12,715 bases of DNA from a virus (Monodnaviria > Loebvirae > Hofneiviricota > Faserviricetes > Tubulavirales > Inoviridae). Both the position numbers and the translations under genes were made by a program. This document shows, one piece after another, positions 7,531-12,715 of the stretch. Below the pieces are notes generated by a model. That model worked only from the letters and a program-made list of their open reading frames with translations. It was not told the DNA's origin and searched no databases. Each line of letters opens with the position of its first letter. Positions within the stretch are counted from its first letter, which is position 1. The DNA is taken from the IMG/VR virus record IMGVR_UViG_2565956711_000001. One strand, written 5' to 3'.

Positions 7531-7673
7531 AATATTTACCTCAAAATTATCATGGATATGAAGAGAATGTACTCTGTACCTAATGCAAGAAACGAGAGGG
7601 AGATCAGAAATCCTAACGTATTGATTTATCAGTTAGTGGGAGTGTCATATGAACTTATTTACCACAGTAGGTG

Positions 7674-7701
7674 ATTTAACATAATATACATTATGCGCAC
7701 C
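7674..7701 (-). other. dif: dif, the chromosome dimer resolution site for XerC/XerD
   Basis: The plus strand reads ATTTAACATAATATACATTATGCGCACC. Its reverse complement is GGTGCGCATAA-TGTATA-TTATGTTAAAT, a 28/28 match to the canonical E. coli dif. The XerD arm faces left (island side) and the XerC arm faces right (prophage side). Confidence 0.95.
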
Positions 7702-7851
7702 AGTGCGCAGATACGCCAGAAATCAGCCTGTAACCATCACCACGGCATTAAACGGTCATCGCTGTTACGTTCTTTCGTCTTCGACCGTCAGCCATCCGTA
7801 TCGCTTCTGAATACGCCGGAATGAAAAACAGGCTTTGCAGTGCCGGGAATT

Positions 7852-7871
7852 ATTATGGCTGACGCCATAAT
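7852..7871. repeat. Perfect 8-bp stem hairpin with TGAC loop
   Basis: ATTATGGC-TGAC-GCCATAAT; all 8 pairs were checked base by base. Confidence 0.8.
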
Positions 7872-7922
7872 GCTGTTTATGTCCTCGCTTCGCTGCGGGG
7901 CTTCCGGCGCTAAGCGCCTCCC

Positions 7923-7953
7923 ATGCCTGACGGCATAAAAACCGGATATGCCG
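7923..7953. repeat. Two overlapping, mutually exclusive hairpins
   Basis: ATGCC-TGAC-GGCAT (7923-7936) and CGGCATA-aaaaccgga-TATGCCG (7931-7953) share the GGCAT segment. The first is a compensated variant of the 7852-7871 hairpin, with the same TGAC loop. Confidence 0.7.
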
Positions 7954-7986
7954 CCACGTCACCGCATGATACGTCCGTCGCCACCA

Positions 7987-9249
7987 TCACCGCGCGCGCT
8001 CCTCGTGGGAACTCGGTGCGTGCGCGGCGCTGGCGCGCCTGACTTTTTTCGCCTGTAACACGACAAGAATATCCGTCTTGTTCTTCTCGTCAGATGAACT
8101 GGTGAGCCAGCCTTTTGGCAGAAAGCTGAACCCGGTATCGGCGTTTGTGACCTTCGATTCAGCCAGGCCACCCAGCAGAATAATATCCCCGTCAGCCGCT
8201 GATACCTCCGTATTCACCTCGCGCTTAATCAGCGTCGGGCTGTTATTCACGCCCGTATCCGTCTTCGCAAAGCTGGAAAGCTGCTGCTTAATCACAAGGT
8301 CAATATTGTCAGTCCGGATTTGCGGTTTCACGTCGAGGATAACGCCACTAGAGCGATATTCAATCGACTGGATCGGCCTGTTGTCGGCGTAGCTCACCTG
8401 ACCCAGCACCGGAACCTCGTTACCGACTGAAAACGTGGCAGATGCGCCATCCTTCACCCTGAGCCGCGGGGAACTGACGACATGAAAACGACTGTCCGTC
8501 CTGAAAAGCTCATACAGCGCATCAAGAGAGCCTGTATTCACCCGGATAAAGTTATCAAAACCGCCAGACGCGCCAATCTGTATATTCAGCTTGCCGGAAA
8601 GCAGCTTCGCCGCCAGTGCCAGCCCGGAACCGTTACGCTCACTGGTCTGAACCTCAAACACGTAAGCTGCGACAATCACTTCTTCAGAGGCAGTATCAAT
8701 CAGCGGTAAAAGCGTCTGCAACCGCTTAATCTCTGACTTCCGGCCATAATAAACCAGCACATCCCCGGTACGGTTCATAAAGTCCGATGCCGTACCCGCT
8801 ACGGCCGCTTCTGGCGATATCTGCCCGGACGGTAACGAGTTACGCTGACTGTTAAACTGCCCGGTAAACTGTCCGGCCAGAATGTCAGACAGATACGCCA
8901 CGGAACGGAAGCGAGGCCGATAAACAAAGGTCTCCTGCGGCGGCACATACACTTTCGGCGTGAACGGCGCCACGTAGTCAATGCCCTGTTTGTTATAAAT
9001 CGCAATGTTCATATTGCCGAGATAGCGCTTAATAAATGCCCGTTCATCGATATCCGGCGTGATACGGAACGTCACCACCTTATCGGATTTGGCAAGCTCC
9101 GGGTCAAGCATAAACGGCTTATCGAACACCTGAACGTAAATCATGTTCAGCGCCTGCGGCAGCGGAACAGCGTTGAGCTCCAGACTGACGCCCTTCGCCA
9201 TAACCAGCCCCGGAACCAGTAAAAAAAGTAAACCTGTTATCAGCTTCAT
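7987..9249 (-). CDS. Filamentous-phage pIV-like outer-membrane secretin (420 aa)
   Basis: Signal peptide MKLITGLLFLLVPGLVMA. The secretin C-domain motif GDIILLGGLAESKVTNADTGFSFLPKGW...TDILVVLQAKKV parallels f1 pIV (GQTLLLGGLTDYKNTSQDSGVPFLSKIP...LYVLVKATIV). The ATG overlaps the pI-like stop (ATGA). Confidence 0.9.
   Translation of the reverse strand: MKLITGLLFLLVPGLVMAKGVSLELNAVPLPQALNMIYVQVFDKPFMLDPELAKSDKVVTFRITPDIDERAFIKRYLGNMNIAIYNKQGIDYVAPFTPKVYVPPQETFVYRPRFRSVAYLSDILAGQFTGQFNSQRNSLPSGQISPEAAVAGTASDFMNRTGDVLVYYGRKSEIKRLQTLLPLIDTASEEVIVAAYVFEVQTSERNGSGLALAAKLLSGKLNIQIGASGGFDNFIRVNTGSLDALYELFRTDSRFHVVSSPRLRVKDGASATFSVGNEVPVLGQVSYADNRPIQSIEYRSSGVILDVKPQIRTDNIDLVIKQQLSSFAKTDTGVNNSPTLIKREVNTEVSAADGDIILLGGLAESKVTNADTGFSFLPKGWLTSSSDEKNKTDILVVLQAKKVRRASAAHAPSSHEERAR
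7990..8049 (+). terminator. GC-rich double hairpin ending in a T6 run (terminator-like on the plus strand), overlapping the last ~18 codons of the secretin gene
   Basis: CCGCGCGCGC (7990-7999) pairs with GCGTGCGCGG (8018-8027): 10 bp with one G-T. GGCGC-TGGC-GCGCC (8026-8039) follows, then TGACTTTTTT (8040-8049). The T-run follows the stems only on the plus strand, antisense to the phage genes. Confidence 0.4.
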
Positions 9250-10280
9250 CGTATCGCCCCTGAATAAACCGTCACCGTTTCGCCGTCGATTTCACCCGTC
9301 ATCATCATGCCGTCAAAGCTGAACTGCGAAGCCGGCTCTATACGCAATCTGCCTGACGTGTCTGCAACAACAACCCATGCCTGACCATCGCGTTTAAGCC
9401 GTCCGGCAAGTCGCCATTTGTCCGACACAACGGGCTTAGCTGGCGCGGCAGGTACAAAAGACGCTGAATTATTTGCGGCGGGTAAATCTTTAGTCTGCTG
9501 TTCAGGCTCTGAATTACCGTTTGACGTGAAAAACCAGAACAGATAAAAAATGGCAATTACCGCCAGAATCAGTAACCCGACAGCTTTAAACCACAACATT
9601 TTAGAACTGAAAATATTCTGACGTTTATCGGTGACAAGTTCCCTTCCCTGCCCGTTCTCATGGGATTTATATAGGGGGAATATCGCCTTGTCATATTTAT
9701 TCTGATAACTGTTCGTCAGATTCGACTTAAACAGTTTGATACCCGTAAATACGTCCACACGGTAGCGGTTATGCAGACCCAGCGCCACATGCTTACTCAT
9801 GCGATACGTTGTTTCCACCCGGTCTTTAATGAATCGCGGAAGGTTGGCAACAGACTGATTCATAACCACTAAATCACAGGTTACGCCCGTTTTTTCATCG
9901 GCAAAATGGCGATGTTCTGCAATGAAAGAGCGATGATTTGCAGGAATCCCTTTATCGTTCTCCCATATGCGCCATGCTTCATCAATACAGATTAAATCCC
10001 CCGGACGGCAGAACGTATCATCCGCAATGCCTGAATCCGTTTTGTAGGGAAAGAAATTATCGTTCTGAACGTCTTCATTCTGAACAAGTAAAATTTCACC
10101 AAGTGATTCCCTGTCTGCCTTTTTAATATCAACGCAGTAATCATAAATACTTTGCGTGGCAAGGCCGTAAATATTACTGACAATGCGACGCCCAGCGATA
10201 CAGGCGGGAATAATGACGCTTGCCACCACTTCGTAAGATTTACCGCTTCCGGGAATGCCCACATACGCAGAAATAGCCAT
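9246..10280 (-). CDS. Zot-like / pI-like phage assembly NTPase (344 aa)
   Basis: N-terminal Walker A GIPGSGKS, followed by DEAW (Walker-B-like). A single TM segment (LWFKAVGLLILAVIAIFYLFWFF) precedes a periplasmic C-terminal domain. Position between pVI-like and pIV-like genes is as in Ff and CTXphi. Confidence 0.9.
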   Translation of the reverse strand: MAISAYVGIPGSGKSYEVVASVIIPACIAGRRIVSNIYGLATQSIYDYCVDIKKADRESLGEILLVQNEDVQNDNFFPYKTDSGIADDTFCRPGDLICIDEAWRIWENDKGIPANHRSFIAEHRHFADEKTGVTCDLVVMNQSVANLPRFIKDRVETTYRMSKHVALGLHNRYRVDVFTGIKLFKSNLTNSYQNKYDKAIFPLYKSHENGQGRELVTDKRQNIFSSKMLWFKAVGLLILAVIAIFYLFWFFTSNGNSEPEQQTKDLPAANNSASFVPAAPAKPVVSDKWRLAGRLKRDGQAWVVVADTSGRLRIEPASQFSFDGMMMTGEIDGETVTVYSGAIR

Positions 10281-10283
10281 AAA

Positions 10284-10571
10284 TTAACCAATCAAAGGAA
10301 TGCGACGAATAATAAAGCGCGTTAACAATGCTGAAAACATCAGTTTAATCCCTTCCGTGACCATAAACAGATTCACGAAATACCATACGCTATCAGGTAG
10401 TGAGGAAAACAACCCGGCAATATCAACAGATTTTGGCAACAGTGACGCCAGAACCGGAACAAACGCCTGTACGACAAAGTACAGGCCAAAAAACAGAATA
10501 AATTTGACAACCACCGTTCGCAGCACAAAACCCAGCGCCACGTTAAAGGCTGAAACCAGAATACCAAACAT
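10284..10571 (-). CDS. pVI/Ace-like minor coat (virion cap) membrane protein (95 aa)
   Basis: Very hydrophobic. The C-terminus SALLTRFIIRRIPLIG resembles the CTXphi Ace tail (ALMTRFALRALNL). GGAGG lies 5 nt upstream of the ATG. The stop lies 3 nt before the pI-like ATG. Confidence 0.7.
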   Translation of the reverse strand: MFGILVSAFNVALGFVLRTVVVKFILFFGLYFVVQAFVPVLASLLPKSVDIAGLFSSLPDSVWYFVNLFMVTEGIKLMFSALLTRFIIRRIPLIG

Positions 10572-10581
10572 AACGCCTCCG

Positions 10582-12465
10582 TCACGCAGTCAGAATGATA
10601 CGCAGCGAAATAATGCCCCAGATAAGCAGGAATACCGCTTTCAGAAGTGGCCTGATTTTTTCCAGAAGCTCGCAGTGAGAATCAATGGAATATTTATTGT
10701 CCCAGAGTTCGAACGACCATACCGGACACTGAACATCCTTCGATGAAATACTCAGGTTTTTAATGTCCGGCATTAATTCTGTAATTGGCTTGAGAATTTC
10801 CTCACCTGTAGGCGGTTTTTCAAGTTCCGGCGATTTAATGCCGGGGTCTTCGCCTAAATCAACAGAAGTATCGGTATCTGTGCCTGTACCAGGGTGTACA
10901 CCTGTATCCGTTCCCGCACCGGGTCTGGCATTAACCCACGACTGAGGAACGACAACCGGACTATAAAGCAAGCCCTTATCAAGTTTTACGCCAACAGCAT
11001 TAGCCGCAGCCGTCAGTTCAGCCGCCGTAAAAGGTTTATCAAGCGGTATCCCCTGATATCCTTCCTGAACAACAGTCTGACCTGCAAGGCCATTAATAAG
11101 ATTAACCAGCGCAGCCGGGTTTAACTGTTCCTCCGGCTTGAAATCTATATTATCAATAACCTCGCCATTAATTACCTGAGGTAAATTTGATGTATCAAAT
11201 TCTGTATTAAAAAATATCTGGTCTTTAACATCCTGAACATCATTCGTCGTTTTATACACGGCCTTCTCAGGGTGGCAAATACTTTTCCACTGCGTTTTGG
11301 GATTATCAGCCGTACTGCCCGGCGCAGGTACTTTCTCGCTTTTACATAAATCCCATGAGTTTTCAAGCGTAACCGTTGTTGTTCCAACAGATAAAACCAC
11401 AGTTACAATCGATGAATATCCACCAAAATAAGGATTCGGCTTTTCATACTGAAAGTCTTTAACGGAAACCGAATAAACCTTAAAATTTCTTGGCATCCTG
11501 ATATGTAAGTTATTGTCGTCAGACGCCTCATGATAAGTCACATTGGAATGAGAATAACCATTAATCGACTTATAAAGCGCAATCATTACCGGATTATCAC
11601 TGACAAGTACAGCATCGCCCTTTGCATCCCTGATATCAGTCGAATAAGGATATTTAGTACCCTTAACTGACACACGATATACATCATTCGGTAATGGCTG
11701 GCTTATCGGCGGTGGTGCATCAATATTGTAATAGGTTGGCGCAATCTGAACAGGTTTAACCTGATGATTATAAGGGCTTATCGAGTCCTGAATATTCTTC
11801 GCAGAAAAGCCAGTAGCATCAGAGGGCAAATAAACAGCAACAGGGCTTTTAGGTGAAGGTGCAACAGAAGAAGTAACAGTAGCGCCATTGGACAAATTAA
11901 GTAAATAAGTTCCATCATCCTGTTTTATTCCACTTGTAATATATTCAACAGCTTTTGCGCCCTGCTTTAAAGCAAGGTCAGCAACGGAAATAACACCCGC
12001 AGCCTGCCCCAGCAATCCCCATGTTGTCTGTCCGGCAGCCATCATATTACTGCCAAAACTTGAAATACCCGTGGATATCGAATCGTCAATTGTATGCTTC
12101 GCAAGGCCATAAGCAGCCGCGAAAACTGACGTTCCGGTGCAAAGCTGAGGATTACCCACTTTCTCGCCACACATGCGGATTGAATCAAAAACGTCAGGAC
12201 GTTCGCGTATAACCTCCGCAGCGACAGCGATACCCGCGCCCATACCGAGAGAACTGGCACCCGTTGCGAATACACGCCCCGCAGATTGAGAAACAACCTG
12301 AGCTTCACGGGTTTCAACCATTTGCTGAATTACACGTCCAAATCCGTCTGCTGTTACTGCATCAGCATGTACACCGGATGAAACCAGTAAAGACAATATA
12401 GTAATACCTAACTTTCCAGACCCTGAATGACCGCCCAGGCGCATAAAAGCCCCCATAAAAAACAC
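10582..12465 (-). CDS. pIII-like adsorption / minor coat protein (up to 627 aa; the true start is probably the ATG at 12442-12444)
   Basis: Signal peptide MRLGGHSGSGKLGITILSLLVSSGVHA-DA from the third in-frame start. The linker is G/T/D-rich (GAGTDTGVHPGTGTDTDTSVDLGEDPG). The C-terminal domain KYSIDSHCELLEKIRPLLKAVFLLIWGIISLRIILTA parallels M13 pIII (YEFSIDCDKINLFRGVFAFLLYVATFMYVF). Position after the major coat gene and terminator matches Ff. Confidence 0.8.
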   Translation of the reverse strand: MFFMGAFMRLGGHSGSGKLGITILSLLVSSGVHADAVTADGFGRVIQQMVETREAQVVSQSAGRVFATGASSLGMGAGIAVAAEVIRERPDVFDSIRMCGEKVGNPQLCTGTSVFAAAYGLAKHTIDDSISTGISSFGSNMMAAGQTTWGLLGQAAGVISVADLALKQGAKAVEYITSGIKQDDGTYLLNLSNGATVTSSVAPSPKSPVAVYLPSDATGFSAKNIQDSISPYNHQVKPVQIAPTYYNIDAPPPISQPLPNDVYRVSVKGTKYPYSTDIRDAKGDAVLVSDNPVMIALYKSINGYSHSNVTYHEASDDNNLHIRMPRNFKVYSVSVKDFQYEKPNPYFGGYSSIVTVVLSVGTTTVTLENSWDLCKSEKVPAPGSTADNPKTQWKSICHPEKAVYKTTNDVQDVKDQIFFNTEFDTSNLPQVINGEVIDNIDFKPEEQLNPAALVNLINGLAGQTVVQEGYQGIPLDKPFTAAELTAAANAVGVKLDKGLLYSPVVVPQSWVNARPGAGTDTGVHPGTGTDTDTSVDLGEDPGIKSPELEKPPTGEEILKPITELMPDIKNLSISSKDVQCPVWSFELWDNKYSIDSHCELLEKIRPLLKAVFLLIWGIISLRIILTA

Positions 12466-12489
12466 ATAAAATCAAAAAGATATTGAGCC

Positions 12490-12518
12490 ATAAATATAAA
12501 GGGGCTGTTACGCCCCTT
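12490..12518 (-). terminator. Rho-independent terminator after the major coat protein gene
   Basis: The minus strand reads AAGGGGC-GTAACA-GCCCCTT followed by TATATTTAT: a 7-bp stem with a T-rich tail. It lies 12 nt downstream of the coat gene stop, analogous to the strong terminator after gene VIII in Ff phages. Confidence 0.75.
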
Positions 12519-12529
12519 ACCTTTATGAA

Positions 12530-12715
12530 TTAAGCGCCACGAACCATACGCAAAATCCAGCGGACACCCGCAGAACCTGCATACAGAACAATAAGAGAAC
12601 CCGCTACCGCCATAATTCCGGTCAGAACGGAACCGAAATTAACGCTGTTAGTCAGTGGCGTAAGGTCAATACCTTTACCACCAACAACATCACCTTCAGC
12701 AGCAAATACGGCAGG
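12530..12715 (-). CDS. pVIII-like major coat protein (C-terminal 61 codons plus stop; N-terminus beyond the window)
   Basis: My own translation of the minus strand gives ...PAVFA/AEGDVVGGKGIDLTPLTNSVNFGSVLTGIMAVAGSLIVLYAGSAGVRWILRMVRGA*. It has a signal-peptidase-like AxA site, an acidic mature N-terminus (AEGD, as in M13), a hydrophobic core and a basic C-terminus. The ORF track omits it because the ORF is open at the window edge. Confidence 0.8.
   Translation of the reverse strand, partial: PAVFAAEGDVVGGKGIDLTPLTNSVNFGSVLTGIMAVAGSLIVLYAGSAGVRWILRMVRGA

Larger units (their letters stand above)
1..7673 (-). mobile_element. GInt-like integrative genomic island (partial): gin-operon end near 7531-7673, cargo extending left beyond the window
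   Basis: Three-integrase-plus-small-gene operon at one extremity, followed by heterogeneous cargo of regulators and a TA antitoxin. Composition is visibly mosaic. The exact right boundary within 7531-7673 and the left end cannot be determined from this window. Confidence 0.55.
7702..7986 (-). other. Non-coding, hairpin-rich region downstream of gene IV: candidate filamentous-phage intergenic region (packaging signal, origin or attP remnant)
   Basis: No credible ORF. There are several perfect inverted repeats and four TGACG cores. In Ff-type genomes the intergenic region follows gene IV. Confidence 0.5.
7702..12715 (-). mobile_element. Filamentous (Inoviridae, Ff-like gene order) prophage integrated at dif; morphogenesis half only, the replication/regulation half lies beyond the right edge
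   Basis: Gene order is VIII - terminator - III - VI - I - IV - intergenic region, all on one strand, directly abutting the XerC arm of dif. Confidence 0.85.

Noticed and set aside
7533-7663. 8-mer TATTTACC present at 7533-7540 and 7656-7663, considered as possible island-end repeats
   Set aside because: A single short AT-rich 8-mer repeat within 130 bp is compatible with chance. True att repeats would be expected at the opposite island end, which is not in the window.
7531-7673. Attempt to call a sigma70 promoter for the gin operon (GATAAT about 20 nt upstream of the GTG)
   Set aside because: No acceptable -35 element at 16-18 bp spacing and a very short leader, so it is not supportable from sequence alone.
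7765-8171. Minus-strand ORFs 7765-7962 (65 aa) and 7959-8171 (70 aa)
   Set aside because: The first is translated from hairpin-rich intergenic DNA (R/C/H-rich, GTG start, no SD). The second is an out-of-frame overlap of the secretin gene through the GC-rich palindromes.
8078-12317. Thirteen short ORFs on either strand within the phage module (8078-8392, 8482-8709, 8799-9005, 9338-9556, 9938-10126, 9992-10291, 10300-10746, 10373-10585, 10763-10945, 10894-11124, 11172-11387, 12021-12212, 12042-12317)
   Set aside because: All overlap the pIV, pI, pVI or pIII-like frames, which are supported by motifs, signal peptides and canonical gene order. None has independent support.
1-12715. Search for tRNA/tmRNA genes (common integrase targets), CRISPR repeats, IS-type terminal inverted repeats and transposases
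   Set aside because: I saw no cloverleaf-compatible segment, no regularly spaced direct repeats and no DDE-type ORF. The only integration-site signature found is dif.

Overview
The window looks like an enterobacterial replication-terminus locus. An exact 28-bp E. coli-type dif (XerC/XerD) site at 7674-7701 sits between two unrelated mobile elements.

Left of dif (1-7673), nearly everything is on the minus strand.
- A tightly coupled four-gene operon (7530 down to 1800) encodes three large tyrosine recombinases (464, 521 and 788 aa) followed by a 145-aa coiled-coil protein. This is the ginABCD architecture of GInt islands (genomic islands with three integrases).
- Presumed cargo follows: a divergent XRE-family HTH regulator with twin palindromic operators, an AT-rich winged-helix/coiled-coil gene ATGA-coupled to a 64-aa ORF, and a HipB-like antitoxin at the window edge. 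Its HipA-like partner is probably off-window.

Right of dif (7702-12715) is the morphogenesis half of an Ff-like filamentous (Inoviridae) prophage.
- It starts with a hairpin-rich intergenic region.
- The genes follow in canonical order on the minus strand: pVIII-like major coat (partial), intrinsic terminator, pIII-like adsorption protein, pVI/Ace-like protein, pI/Zot-like NTPase, and pIV-like secretin.
- The prophage lies on the XerC-arm side of dif, as expected for an IMEX (an element integrated by host XerCD).

No tRNA, rRNA or CRISPR array was seen. All family assignments rest on motifs and gene order read by eye; no database search was possible.
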